From NCBI GenBank assembly GCA_964368775.1, contig CAYJCX010000002.1:1-42262 (forward strand): DNA of 42,262 nt. The letters run 5' to 3'. Every line of letters begins with the position of its first letter. Position 1 is the first letter of the stretch. Of this stretch, positions 29,554 through 39,630 are shown piece by piece. The notes under the pieces were generated by a model. The model was given only the letters and a program-made list of their open reading frames with translations, did no database searches and had not been told where the DNA came from. The stretch comes from an uncultured Candidatus Saccharibacteria bacterium (lineage in GTDB: Bacteria; Patescibacteriota; Minisyncoccia; Phycocordibacterales; UBA9973). A program made the translations under genes and the position numbers.

Positions 29554-32280
29554 TTATATTCTACTAATAATTTCTTGATTCGTAAACTGGTTATTACCCT
29601 CATCGGAATAAATCATATTTAATCCTAGTGAAAGAATTGAATATGAATGGGTAGCTGCTCTACATTCCACTCCTAATGCTGCAAAATAGTACTTTAAGAT
29701 TGGATCATAGCGTTTATATATTTCATTAAAATGCGGATTTGAATTAAATTCGTCATTTCCGAAACCATGCGAGCCAAAATATCCCTCACCAAATGGAGCA
29801 GTTGAAGCTCTTATACACGGGACCGGTTTAATTTCATGGGTAAATATTCCAGAACATCCATTAATACCTAATAGGACTACTGCTATAAGCGGTGGTATTC
29901 CCTCTACATATCCCTCTACGAAAGACATATTAGAGTTCTTTTTGCGCCATCTATCTCCATAAGAGTTATAAGAAGTATAGATTTTTACAGTGTAATCATC
30001 TCCGTTATCCCCATCTGTTCCACTAAATAGATTTAATGTTTGATCTCTTTGGGATGAATGACTGATTAAAGTATTGTTATATGTAGATAAAATAGCATTT
30101 TCTGGAATTAGTTGCGGTGGTTGCCAGTAGTTGTTTTGTGGGTGGTTGTCATAACAAAGCATATAGCCCTCGTTTGGACTAGTTATATTAAGAGTTTTAT
30201 CAAAATATTTCATAGAGCCATTTTCAAAACCTAATGCTGCAAAATCATTAGCAATTGGCTGGGAAAGGTTTGTAGTCTGCGGTAATTGCAAGAATTGCTT
30301 GCGGCCAATCATGTCTAACTGTTTATTTTCTGTAACATAAATTAGAGTATCATCAAGATAATCCATCATATATGGCCATATTACTTTAGAAGAAGATGGC
30401 TGTTTTAATGGAGTTAATGTTACTGTTTCACTTTGTAGATCCGCAGATAGTACCGTTTCTACATATGACCAATACCCATAACTTGTATTTACATACATTT
30501 CTTTTTCTTGTGGAGCCATTGCCCAAAAGTTAGATGGCAATTGGTAAACATAACCTTGACCCGGCTTTCGTGGAGTTAGATCGTAATAGAAATTATGCCA
30601 CGCTTCTGTTATAGCTTGGTTTACTGTTATATCCCAATAGTCTCCTACTGTATGCCCTGTCTTTGACACAAAGGTTATAGATAGCCCGCTTCCTAATGAT
30701 TGTGATGATCCAGTTATTGCTACACCTGTAGCTACTGGAGTAGCACCATCTATTTGATATTGAAAAGTATCTGCGCCGCCTGTGTTAAAAACAAGTGTAA
30801 AAGTATCTCCTACATCATGCCCAAAGAATCGAGCAAAGGTTATTACTATTCCATCCGGTAGATTAACTGGACCACCAGAAAACATACCATTAACAGTTAG
30901 AGATCCATATGTACTAGTTGTACTAACAATAGTTCCGTTTTTTGTAGCTGTAAACCAGCTTTGTGCTGATACTGAAACACTACTTGCTGTAGTAGCAGTA
31001 TTTAATCCTGTAACTGTTTCTCCAGCTTGGAATCCAGTAGTAGTAACCATTCTTAAACCTAAGATAATTCCTCCACCAAAAGAAACAACAGATACAATAA
31101 TAGCTTCTGCTAGACTTGTAGATCCTTTTAGCACTTCACCAACACCCCATCCGGTAACTGCACCTACTGAAACAGTAAAATCGCCTACTATTGTTATTTT
31201 ATATTCGTTAGTTACGCCGAGAGTTCCGGAATATCCAGAAGTAGTCCATACTCCGTCATTTGATCCAGAACCATTAAAAGTCTGATTATTTTGATTTGGA
31301 TTAACTGAATCAATAGTTACTCTATAGACATGAGATCCTGTACCTGTATAACTAGAATTATCTACTATTAGATCATTTAATAATGCCTGACTATTTGTAA
31401 TAGCTTGGGTAGATGGTCTATTAAAGTTATTGGCCATATATAACTGGCGAGAGTTCCAGTTACCATAAAACATGTAGTTCTTATTCTGTCTACATACATC
31501 AAATGCAATAGTTGTTGCGTCTGTTTCTATTTGTGCAAAAGCTACATCGTTTACTGATATGCCAGCAGTAGAAACTAGATTTAAAACATTAGTAGCCCAT
31601 CCACTTGAAATTATATAAATAACCCCATTAACAATTATATTCCCAGATCCACCTAAAGCTGGATCTACAAAACCTAAAGATGCCCATGTTGTAGATGGGT
31701 TTATAGTTAGAGTTGTAGCAGTTACTCCAGTTATATTAGCAATACCACCAGTCCAAGAGAATATCTCTGCATTACCATTTACCCATATTAGACGTGGCAA
31801 TTTAAGACTATTAGCTGGATTTAAGTTTGTATCGAACCAGTCATCCATATAATATCTTGCGCGCATACCAAGTTTACCCACTCCAGGGGTTAATGGATTT
31901 GTATTTTGGGTTATTTGATACCACTGTGGTAAACCTGTAACTGGATTAGGGTATAGGACTTCTATAATATCTTTTAGATTAGCGTCATCACTTTGAATTA
32001 CACGCACTTCTACAATAGTGCCGCCCATGGTTGTAAATCTTTCTTTATGACCTATGATTGGCCAGTTTTCATTAGATGTAGATGCACGCCCAAGTAAAGT
32101 AGAACCTAAACGCGGGACCACTTTATCTAAGTTAGGAATGAAACAGTTTTGAGATGGATATGTTAGCGCATTAACCGGAAGCATTGTTGGATCAGTATTG
32201 CGGAAATACCCTATTGGTTTTTCAAAGGGTGTTACCGGTCGATCAATATTTAATGCTGGTGCTTGTATTGGTGTAGACAT
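29554..32280 (-). CDS. large tail structural protein (putative)
   Basis: 908 aa, beta-rich composition, located within the tail block. Confidence 0.4.
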   Translation of the reverse strand: MSTPIQAPALNIDRPVTPFEKPIGYFRNTDPTMLPVNALTYPSQNCFIPNLDKVVPRLGSTLLGRASTSNENWPIIGHKERFTTMGGTIVEVRVIQSDDANLKDIIEVLYPNPVTGLPQWYQITQNTNPLTPGVGKLGMRARYYMDDWFDTNLNPANSLKLPRLIWVNGNAEIFSWTGGIANITGVTATTLTINPSTTWASLGFVDPALGGSGNIIVNGVIYIISSGWATNVLNLVSTAGISVNDVAFAQIETDATTIAFDVCRQNKNYMFYGNWNSRQLYMANNFNRPSTQAITNSQALLNDLIVDNSSYTGTGSHVYRVTIDSVNPNQNNQTFNGSGSNDGVWTTSGYSGTLGVTNEYKITIVGDFTVSVGAVTGWGVGEVLKGSTSLAEAIIVSVVSFGGGIILGLRMVTTTGFQAGETVTGLNTATTASSVSVSAQSWFTATKNGTIVSTTSTYGSLTVNGMFSGGPVNLPDGIVITFARFFGHDVGDTFTLVFNTGGADTFQYQIDGATPVATGVAITGSSQSLGSGLSITFVSKTGHTVGDYWDITVNQAITEAWHNFYYDLTPRKPGQGYVYQLPSNFWAMAPQEKEMYVNTSYGYWSYVETVLSADLQSETVTLTPLKQPSSSKVIWPYMMDYLDDTLIYVTENKQLDMIGRKQFLQLPQTTNLSQPIANDFAALGFENGSMKYFDKTLNITSPNEGYMLCYDNHPQNNYWQPPQLIPENAILSTYNNTLISHSSQRDQTLNLFSGTDGDNGDDYTVKIYTSYNSYGDRWRKKNSNMSFVEGYVEGIPPLIAVVLLGINGCSGIFTHEIKPVPCIRASTAPFGEGYFGSHGFGNDEFNSNPHFNEIYKRYDPILKYYFAALGVECRAATHSYSILSLGLNMIYSDEGNNQFTNQEIISRI

Positions 32281-32282
32281 AA

Positions 32283-33575
32283 TTATTGTCCGTTATTATG
32301 TGGATGATTTGTATTGTCTCCGTCTCCGTAGCCATATACGTCTAGAGATTCTTCACTGTACCCATCGTACATATTCCCCTCGATATATGAGTATTCGGAT
32401 GGTTCTATATTTTCGTCTGTGTGGTTATAACTATATTCTTCGTATAGTCCTTTTAGTTCGTCTTCAATATCTGTAATATCACTTTTTGCGCCGGCATTAT
32501 TACCATATATATCTTTTTGGACCACTAGAGCTGTTTCTAGCATTAAGATTTGGTATGTATCTTCTTCAAGCGGGAGAATATCACTATTTCTAGTAGTTCT
32601 TTGTTTCCATGCGCGAGTTACTGGATCAATTAAGCACCATGCAGTATTGTATTTTAATTCATAAACTTCACCTTTGCGGGCGATTATTGAATCCATATTA
32701 CAGTTTGGAATTGGATCTCCGGTTGTTGTAAAGTCTAGACGTACATATGTAATAGCCTTTGGGTTTGGAGTACCTACAGTATTTAGGTTATTTAGCATGT
32801 ACTTTAATAAGTTCCAGCCAGTTACAAACATATTATTATCATGCGGCTGGTTTACAGTTGCATAATATATGTCGTTAGTTAAATTACTTGAATCGGAACC
32901 TAGAGTTAGCTTTACAGATGTTAGATATATTGGATCTGGAATACTAATCCATGCGAAAGCTGCGCCAGTATTTAAATAGTCGTGTAGATCTACTGAATCC
33001 ATTGTAAAGTTTTCAATAAATCCGGATGTAGAAGAATTATTTATATCAAAAGCTAGTGAAGCGGCCCTAGTAACGTGGTTAAGTTCATCGAGACGAAGAT
33101 TGACCACATTCCCGCCCACATTCCAAGTACCATTAGCAGTAAGAGAATTACTTTGATTAATGATGGTCGATTCATGGTCTTTTAGTCCTTTAGGGTGGGA
33201 TATTTTTGCATACTTTACCCCATTTTCATTAGTAATAGAGATAACATTACGAGAACGTCTGCGGTTTTGATCGAAACGTCTGTCATAAACTAGCTCTAAT
33301 GGGCGCATCATGGTGTCCACATTGCGATAAGATGACAGTTTCTTAATATCTATTATGTTATCGTATTTCAAGTCTTCTGGGACCGCGTAGCGCTCTACGT
33401 GAGGGTATAGAGCTTGTTCTAGATACCCTGTACGCTTTAATTCAGGAGCGCGGATCTTGCCGATCATTTTACGTCTTCCCTCATCTAGAGCAATATCCAC
33501 TGGATTTGGGACATCCCCTCCATGGATTTTGCGTTTTACGTCTTGAATTAAATCGTATACAGTGTATGTTGACAT
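32283..33575 (-). CDS. tail/adaptor structural protein (putative)
   Basis: 430 aa, located within the tail block. Its stop lies 2 nt before the next start. Confidence 0.35.
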   Translation of the reverse strand: MSTYTVYDLIQDVKRKIHGGDVPNPVDIALDEGRRKMIGKIRAPELKRTGYLEQALYPHVERYAVPEDLKYDNIIDIKKLSSYRNVDTMMRPLELVYDRRFDQNRRRSRNVISITNENGVKYAKISHPKGLKDHESTIINQSNSLTANGTWNVGGNVVNLRLDELNHVTRAASLAFDINNSSTSGFIENFTMDSVDLHDYLNTGAAFAWISIPDPIYLTSVKLTLGSDSSNLTNDIYYATVNQPHDNNMFVTGWNLLKYMLNNLNTVGTPNPKAITYVRLDFTTTGDPIPNCNMDSIIARKGEVYELKYNTAWCLIDPVTRAWKQRTTRNSDILPLEEDTYQILMLETALVVQKDIYGNNAGAKSDITDIEDELKGLYEEYSYNHTDENIEPSEYSYIEGNMYDGYSEESLDVYGYGDGDNTNHPHNNGQ

Positions 33576-33576
33576 A

Positions 33577-33948
33577 TTACTTTTTACTACGTTCTATTAA
33601 TGTCGCTATGTCTAAACCCTGCGTACGCTGGATTTCTACAACAGTTGATAAGGTCTTTTTAATTTCTCCTACATCCGCTTTAATATCTGGAATTTCATGT
33701 AATGCGTGATTAGTTGCAAACTTTCTATTCTGTTCTGCTAAAGTTATATTTTGTTTATGCAATTCCTGCATTATTTCCAAATGACTTTTTTCTAGCTCTG
33801 GGTATTTTTTTTCTTGGGTTCCACGAATTGTGGTTACTACTTTAAATATATTTTTTACGCCAAATTCTCGTAAAAAAAGATATATGACTAATAAGATTAT
33901 TATTGCCCAAGCCGGATTTTCAATTATAAATGTTAATACTTTCTCCAT
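33577..33948 (-). CDS. membrane-anchored coiled-coil protein embedded in the tail module
   Basis: 123 aa with an N-terminal TM segment (AWAIIILLVIYLFL) followed by a helical K/E-rich region. Confidence 0.4.
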   Translation of the reverse strand: MEKVLTFIIENPAWAIIILLVIYLFLREFGVKNIFKVVTTIRGTQEKKYPELEKSHLEIMQELHKQNITLAEQNRKFATNHALHEIPDIKADVGEIKKTLSTVVEIQRTQGLDIATLIERSKK

Positions 33949-33951
33949 AAA

Positions 33952-36900
33952 TTATAATGTTTCTAAATATCTAAGGCCCTTAACTGCTAAAGTTCTTGTT
34001 CCATAATGGAAAGTAGCACCGGATTCTTTTACACGTAATCTTATTGTGGTAGGTTCATTCCATACAGCACTAGGATCCACAATACTAGATACCACGGGCG
34101 TTTCTTGTCCATAGGTTATAGTACAATCTGTCGCGTCTACTACGATACTAAATGTATTCCATTTACCTAATGTATTAACAATAATATCTGAATCAGTTGT
34201 GGTTATTATATTATCTGTAACATTGGCATCGAGTAAATATACATCAGAAGCATTTTCACCTAAGCCGAGACTTGTAATAACTAATCCGCCTGAATCTAGC
34301 ACCTCTATTATTCCACCCGCTTCATATGATCCGTCTTGCGGGCCATAGTAATCACACCAATTAATATCCCCAAATACTTCCCATTGAGTTAATGCTGGAT
34401 CATAAACTGGGGTTATATCTAAATCTACATATCTATTTGCACCGATATTACTACCTGCGTCTAATTCTAGAGAAATATCTGGATCATATGAATCATAACT
34501 TTGTATACCACTTTGAGCGTTCCATGTAGATGTTGTAGGGTTACTTAATGTAATATTCCCAGTTGTAGTTAAAATGGAATTAAATGTAACACTACCTAAT
34601 TGATCTTCGCCTACTGTTGGGGGGTATGTAGGGGGCGCAATTTGAACTGTTAAAATATCAATAGTATCGATTCCTGTAACTGTCCAATGATGTAGTGCGC
34701 TGTGTACTGATTCATCTCCATTAACTACATTATAAGTTGTATTATCTACTTTAGACATTCTCATAGAGAAACCATTACCAGATGATTCTTCCCCACATAC
34801 TTCAATAGCTTCTGATGTTACTCTGTCTGTACCAAATTGTAAAATAGGTAGACCAATAGTATGGTACATATTGAAATAATTAGTCTGTTTTGCTTTCCAG
34901 TTTTCACCGTTATAAATTAAAATAACTAAATCTTCTACTACTTGTATATCATTAAATGTATTAGTGTTTACAATATTTCCTCTTTCAAAATATCTTGGAT
35001 CAGGAAATGCACCTGAATAACCTAAGAATCCAGCAAAATCTCCAGCGCGAGAATCCGGTCTATAAGTAGACCACACTAAATTACCTGTATTTACGTCATA
35101 ACCCTGCAAATGCCATAACGATGTAGTCGTAATTTCTTTGTTTTTTAATACAACTATCCCTGAATCTGTTATCCCAATAAAAGATGTATTCCCAGCATCA
35201 ATTAAACAATCGTCTGCTGTAATAGGTTGTAATGTACAGACTGTAGTCCAAGAAGCAGCATATATAGGATCTCCGCCACCAGTAAAACCTGTAATTTCTT
35301 TTTTACGTATTATAGGTTGTTGCCCTACTGCGTAAGATGCAGAAAAAATATTCCAAATTGTAAAATCTTTATCTAAATAATTACCAAAATATAGTCCAGG
35401 TTCGTTTATTGTTACACCAGTATCTCTTAGGGTTCCAGTAGATTCTAATTCATAAACATAAGTGTCTGCTGGAGCTACACCTTGCTCTTCTAGAGTTGCA
35501 TAAGTTCTACCATTAGATAATGTTGAACACCATTTAAATAGTCCATAACCTTGGGAAAAGAAGCCAGCAGGAATTTGAGCAGTCCAGTTAGCAGTCATTT
35601 GCTGTGTAGTCATATCAAATTCTATAGCGGTTGCAAAACCTCTATTAGCATCATTTAGATCAATACTGACACCATACAAAGCACCAAACATTTGTACTGT
35701 TTTTAGAAAAGTTAAAGAAGAATCAAAGACTTGCATGCGCACACTCCCAACATCTCCTACATATAAACGAGAGCTAGAATCATATGCTATATAGCATTGG
35801 TTTAAACCTTTTATTTGACCAGTAGAATTATCTGTAAAACTAAATCTATCGTTTGCAGCAGTAGAATCTACTGCATAACCACCTACTTGCCCAAGTTCTG
35901 CAAAATGGTTAGTACTTGGAGTACCGGCTGAAATATTCCAGAACCATACTTGTTGGTTTGATCCAGCACAAATAACTGCAAGTGTATTTGTTGCATTATC
36001 TATAGCCAAAGTTTGTTTATCTGTTGGGAAATCTGCAATTAAAAGAGATCCAGAAGATAATGCTCCTAAAGCACCAATAGTTCCTTTAACCATTTGGTTT
36101 ACACCTTGTAAAAACCATACACGTCCACCGTTAGAAGAATCATACGCGAGTTTTCTTGGGTTTGTAAAACCTGATGAAGTTGAAAGTAATGCACCAGTAG
36201 TTGCATCATAACAATAGATATTACCTGTAGTTCCACGAGCAACCCAAAGGTATGATGCGTTACAGCACATACCTGTAATTTCATTTGTAGGATCATTTAA
36301 AACTACATCGATAGCATTTGGGTAAGTTTTACCTAAACCACATTTTTCAGAAACACCAGAAGAAAATGGATAATTTGTATCATTTGATACATATGTTCCA
36401 AAAACCCAAGATTGCCCTAATGTATTAGGACTATAAGCTGCATATGGATCATTTCCACCCCAAAATGTAACTGTACCGTTAGTACACACATACTCTGTAC
36501 TTAAATCTGTATCATTTGGATTACCTCTATTTGGATCAGTTGCATATGGTAAAACATCATAGCAAGTTTGTGTATCTGCAAGAATATCAGAAGTCAAAAG
36601 TTTAAAACCTGCACGTGCGCCACCCTCGTTAAAAGATTCCCCAATATAAACATTATCTCCAGAGATAGCTGCATTTACGAACCATGAATATGAATTAAAG
36701 ACTGTTGCACCATGGTTAAATTGTGATGTATTACCCAAAGTCTCCCATGTAGCAGCCATATTATGAGTTAATACTTTAGCTTCATAGTCATTAGTTGCGA
36801 TTATATCGTTTCCTAAATCATCTAAACCATCCCAATATACATAATGTAGGCCAGCAGATTGATATTCATTAAACCAAATAGTCCTTAAAAGTGTTTTAGG

Positions 36901-37017
36901 TTCTGGATCACTTTTTCTAAAAATACCTACTGTTGTGTAAGCTGGTGCAGCTAAAGTATAACTACCAGTTATAACTGGAGCTGATCCGGATCCACCTTTT
37001 CTCCATGGGGTTCTCAT
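33952..37017 (-). CDS. tail spike / receptor-binding protein with beta-propeller-like repeats (putative)
   Basis: 1021 aa. The N-terminal LHYVYWDGLDDLGNDI resembles FlgD-Ig-like domains. It has repeated Y/W/G-rich beta segments such as RLYVGDVGSVRMQVFD. Confidence 0.4.
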   Translation of the reverse strand: MRTPWRKGGSGSAPVITGSYTLAAPAYTTVGIFRKSDPEPKTLLRTIWFNEYQSAGLHYVYWDGLDDLGNDIIATNDYEAKVLTHNMAATWETLGNTSQFNHGATVFNSYSWFVNAAISGDNVYIGESFNEGGARAGFKLLTSDILADTQTCYDVLPYATDPNRGNPNDTDLSTEYVCTNGTVTFWGGNDPYAAYSPNTLGQSWVFGTYVSNDTNYPFSSGVSEKCGLGKTYPNAIDVVLNDPTNEITGMCCNASYLWVARGTTGNIYCYDATTGALLSTSSGFTNPRKLAYDSSNGGRVWFLQGVNQMVKGTIGALGALSSGSLLIADFPTDKQTLAIDNATNTLAVICAGSNQQVWFWNISAGTPSTNHFAELGQVGGYAVDSTAANDRFSFTDNSTGQIKGLNQCYIAYDSSSRLYVGDVGSVRMQVFDSSLTFLKTVQMFGALYGVSIDLNDANRGFATAIEFDMTTQQMTANWTAQIPAGFFSQGYGLFKWCSTLSNGRTYATLEEQGVAPADTYVYELESTGTLRDTGVTINEPGLYFGNYLDKDFTIWNIFSASYAVGQQPIIRKKEITGFTGGGDPIYAASWTTVCTLQPITADDCLIDAGNTSFIGITDSGIVVLKNKEITTTSLWHLQGYDVNTGNLVWSTYRPDSRAGDFAGFLGYSGAFPDPRYFERGNIVNTNTFNDIQVVEDLVILIYNGENWKAKQTNYFNMYHTIGLPILQFGTDRVTSEAIEVCGEESSGNGFSMRMSKVDNTTYNVVNGDESVHSALHHWTVTGIDTIDILTVQIAPPTYPPTVGEDQLGSVTFNSILTTTGNITLSNPTTSTWNAQSGIQSYDSYDPDISLELDAGSNIGANRYVDLDITPVYDPALTQWEVFGDINWCDYYGPQDGSYEAGGIIEVLDSGGLVITSLGLGENASDVYLLDANVTDNIITTTDSDIIVNTLGKWNTFSIVVDATDCTITYGQETPVVSSIVDPSAVWNEPTTIRLRVKESGATFHYGTRTLAVKGLRYLETL

Positions 37018-37019
37018 AA

Positions 37020-37862
37020 CTATTGGTAAAGATAACTAATAATAACTATCCCATCGCCACCGGCTGCACCAGGCTGTGCGCCACTTGAATCACCGCCACC
37101 ACCGCCGCCGCCTTGGTTTGCACCGCCAGCAGTAGCAGGAGTGATAGTACCTGGAGAAGCTCCAGCTCCATCGCCGCCGCCGCCGTTTCCGCCTGTTCCA
37201 CCAGGAGCTATGAAAGCGTTATTTTCACTACCACCACCGCCGCCGCCGAAATCACCAGAAAATCCATTAATAGTACAAGTTATTCCAGCGCCACCGTTTC
37301 CTGGAACATTACCAACTGCATTAAATCCTGTTTGGCCTGATCCACCACCGCCACCGGCTGCAAAAGTACCGCTAGAAACTGAATTCCCACCATTAAATTG
37401 AGCGCCAGTCCCTCCACTAACACCGGAAAAGTCAGGACCGCCACCGCCACCATTACCGCCACTAAGACCAGCAGTACCGAAAGTACCACCTCCGCCGCCG
37501 CCTGTAGCTGTAATAGTATCAAAAATTGAATCTCCACCAGTACCGCCGTTTGATCCACCAGTACCGTCACCAGCTGTACCACCAACACCAACGGTAATTG
37601 TATAAGATGTAGCAGTCAATACATGCCCGCCAGCAGTTAATGTTTCACCGCCACCGCCACCACCGCCGCCGCCACCGCCACCGCCGCCCACTACGATATA
37701 CTCACAAGTATCGTCTGTTCCTACTTGGGCTACGTTAAAAAATCCATTACCAACGAATGTATGGACTTTGTAATTCCCAGATGTCGAAATAGAACCACCT
37801 GTAGCTATTGTAAAGATAGTTCCTCCTCCGCCAGTATTAACATGAATACTTTTTCTTGCCAT
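37020..37862 (-). CDS. glycine-rich domain protein (phage tail-associated type)
   Basis: 280 aa. YKVHTFVGNGFFNV...EYIVVGGGGGGGGGGGGGG...YTITVGVGG...GGDGIVIISY matches the known glycine-rich domain pattern (VVGGGGGG ... ITVG.GG ... GG.GIVII.Y). Confidence 0.65.
   Translation of the reverse strand: MARKSIHVNTGGGGTIFTIATGGSISTSGNYKVHTFVGNGFFNVAQVGTDDTCEYIVVGGGGGGGGGGGGGGETLTAGGHVLTATSYTITVGVGGTAGDGTGGSNGGTGGDSIFDTITATGGGGGGTFGTAGLSGGNGGGGGPDFSGVSGGTGAQFNGGNSVSSGTFAAGGGGGSGQTGFNAVGNVPGNGGAGITCTINGFSGDFGGGGGGSENNAFIAPGGTGGNGGGGDGAGASPGTITPATAGGANQGGGGGGGDSSGAQPGAAGGDGIVIISYLYQ
37647..37688 (-). repeat. (GGY)14 trinucleotide tract encoding 14 consecutive glycines
   Basis: The plus strand reads accgccaccgccaccaccgccgccgccaccgccaccgccgcc. 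It is by far the most GC-rich low-complexity patch in the window. Confidence 0.8.
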
Positions 37863-37865
37863 ATA

Positions 37866-38435
37866 TTATGTAGTTCTAGTTGTTTTTAGAGATGCTTGTA
37901 AATTATCTAGTGTAGTAGGGGAAGAAATAACTAATGTTACTTTATCACCTATTGCTACTGCATTTGCTGCTGAACCTGTAGCTGTAGCAATAGTGGTACT
38001 AACAGACACCGCTGAAATACCGGTTACTGGGGTACCATTAATTTGAACCGCAGCGGTACAAGAACCAGCACCAGCTATAATATTTAAAGTGTTTATTGTA
38101 TATGGATAAGCAGCAGATAATTCTAAAGTATATGTCTGGGCTGCAATACTAGTCCCTGAATCTTCAAAAGAGATAGATTCTACTAAACCAACAACATCTA
38201 CACCTGTAACTACTAAATCGCCACCTGTTACTGTAAATCCAGTAATAGCTTTAATAACTTTTAAGTCTGGAGTTGTAGTAGGGTTAGTTACTGTAATTGA
38301 TCCATCGGCTGATCCAACACTAGTTACTGTTCCAGACCCAGAAACGACTGCCCATTCTACATTCTGCTCATCGGCAGAAACTTTAAGAAACTTGCCGGCG
38401 TTTCCTCTAAGATCTGGTAATGATAAGGTTCGCAT
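37866..38435 (-). CDS. structural-module hypothetical protein
   Basis: 189 aa, Thr/Val/Gly/Ser-rich and beta-type. Confidence 0.35.
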   Translation of the reverse strand: MRTLSLPDLRGNAGKFLKVSADEQNVEWAVVSGSGTVTSVGSADGSITVTNPTTTPDLKVIKAITGFTVTGGDLVVTGVDVVGLVESISFEDSGTSIAAQTYTLELSAAYPYTINTLNIIAGAGSCTAAVQINGTPVTGISAVSVSTTIATATGSAANAVAIGDKVTLVISSPTTLDNLQASLKTTRTT

Positions 38436-38440
38436 ATAGA

Positions 38441-38824
38441 TTAATGAATATTACTTGATAATGTAGCTGTTGCAGTAAGTAAACCATCTACATAGCTATC
38501 TACTTCAATAACAAACCAGTTGACTTCATTTACGTTTATTTCTAGATCTACGCGTCCATCTGCACTAAAGACATATCCGGCTGATCCAGAATAAAATGCT
38601 CCAGTGTTTAGATCTGTAGATTGTAAATATTCGTATTGAGTTGGTAATGCTGTTATTGGTTCGTATGATCCTTTTACTTTAACAGTAAAATCTGCGCCAC
38701 CTGTTGCAGATAGTGAAAGTGTAATTATTGGAAAATCGGCTGCTAAAATTGGTTCGTGTTGCATGTCTCCATCTGCTTCTTGTGCAGTTGTAAGTACATA
38801 TCTTAGGAGTTGGCCTGTTAACAT
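38441..38824 (-). CDS. structural-module hypothetical protein
   Basis: 127 aa. Confidence 0.35.
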   Translation of the reverse strand: MLTGQLLRYVLTTAQEADGDMQHEPILAADFPIITLSLSATGGADFTVKVKGSYEPITALPTQYEYLQSTDLNTGAFYSGSAGYVFSADGRVDLEINVNEVNWFVIEVDSYVDGLLTATATLSSNIH

Positions 38825-38856
38825 AAATTTATATAAATTATTTTTATAATTCTAGA

Positions 38857-38905
38857 TTTCTCTATCCCTGCGTCCGCTCATATTTCCGGGCGCAGAGTAG
38901 AGAAA
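38857..38905 (-). terminator. long GC-containing hairpin just after the 203-aa structural gene (attenuator/stabiliser-like, no clear U-run)
   Basis: TTTCTCTA/TAGAGAAA, CTGCG/CGCAG and CCG/CGG nest into one imperfect stem-loop. Confidence 0.4.
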
Positions 38906-38912
38906 CCTCTTG

Positions 38913-39524
38913 TTAGAAGATTCTGTAAATAACAGCGGCAGTAGTACTTGTAAAGTAAAGTCTAAATAGCCCAACTTTGTGAGTTGTAGTGACTGTTAGA
39001 GTGTTACCACCAGTAATAGCACCGGCTGGAGCAGTGATACTTCCATCAAGCGTTAGCGTGATGGTATTAGCACCAGCAGAGTTATCAATATACAGATCTA
39101 CTGTAACGCCACGAGCAATACCAGGAATTAATGCCCCAATTGCAGTTGCAGTTGGAGTAGTAAGAGCCACGGCTGCTGCGGATGTAGAAGTGATATATCC
39201 ACCCAAGACTTCGGCTGCTGAAAGTGTCGCAGTGACATTCTTTGCTACCAAAGTTGGAATTGGAAATCCACCAGTAGAATCTATTGTTGCCCAAACTGGA
39301 GCTGCGGTTGTCCCTGTATTAATATACAAAGTTCCGTCTACAGCATTTTGGATCATTGCACTAGGTGCAAAATATCCAGCAGTTGCAGTTGGCGCACCAG
39401 TTGTTGTTTTAATAGCACTTTGTACAAGGCCATTAAGAGTTGGATCTACACTATTTGAATCTATAAATTCTAGATCGCGTAATGTAACATCCCAAGTTAC
39501 GTTCATTTTATATTGTGTACCCAT
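38913..39524 (-). CDS. abundant-type structural protein (head- or tail-associated, unknown)
   Basis: 203 aa, Ala/Thr/Gly-rich. It is the first gene after the capsid gene and is bracketed by stable hairpins. Confidence 0.4.
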   Translation of the reverse strand: MGTQYKMNVTWDVTLRDLEFIDSNSVDPTLNGLVQSAIKTTTGAPTATAGYFAPSAMIQNAVDGTLYINTGTTAAPVWATIDSTGGFPIPTLVAKNVTATLSAAEVLGGYITSTSAAAVALTTPTATAIGALIPGIARGVTVDLYIDNSAGANTITLTLDGSITAPAGAITGGNTLTVTTTHKVGLFRLYFTSTTAAVIYRIF

Positions 39525-39544
39525 AGTATTTAAGCCTTTTGTGA

Positions 39545-39628
39545 GCTATACCGGAAGCAGATGGCATTGAGAGAGATACCTAACTCTATAACCACTTCTG
39601 CCCCTGGTATAGCCCACAAGGGGCTATA
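39545..39628 (-). promoter_or_regulatory. two mutually exclusive hairpins in the capsid-gene 3' region
   Basis: UAUAGCCC-CUUGU-GGGCUAUA (39628-39608) starts 2 nt after the capsid stop. Its 3' arm is also part of a ~17-bp helix between 39613-39592 and 39564-39545. Confidence 0.4.
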
Positions 39629-39630
39629 TA

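Noticed and set aside
26482-37017. The two proteins of identical length (1021 aa each, 26482..29547 and 33952..37017) as a possible duplication.
   Set aside because: Their sequences show no recognisable colinear similarity, so the equal length appears coincidental.
37113-37591. Three overlapping ORFs (37113..37340 +, 37141..37401 +, 37280..37591 -) inside the glycine-rich gene.
   Set aside because: They are artefacts of GGN/NCC repeats, which remove stop codons in all frames. Their products are Pro-, Ala- or Val-rich low complexity.
38989-39570. 193-aa plus-strand ORF fully antisense to the 203-aa structural gene. Similar antisense or out-of-frame ORFs occur at 26087..26404, 28040..28303, 28406..28618 and 30782..31285.
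   Set aside because: The sense genes are Ala/Thr/Gly/Val-rich, so their complementary strand is naturally stop-poor. The antisense products are low-complexity, have no start context or promoter, and break the otherwise uniform gene orientation.
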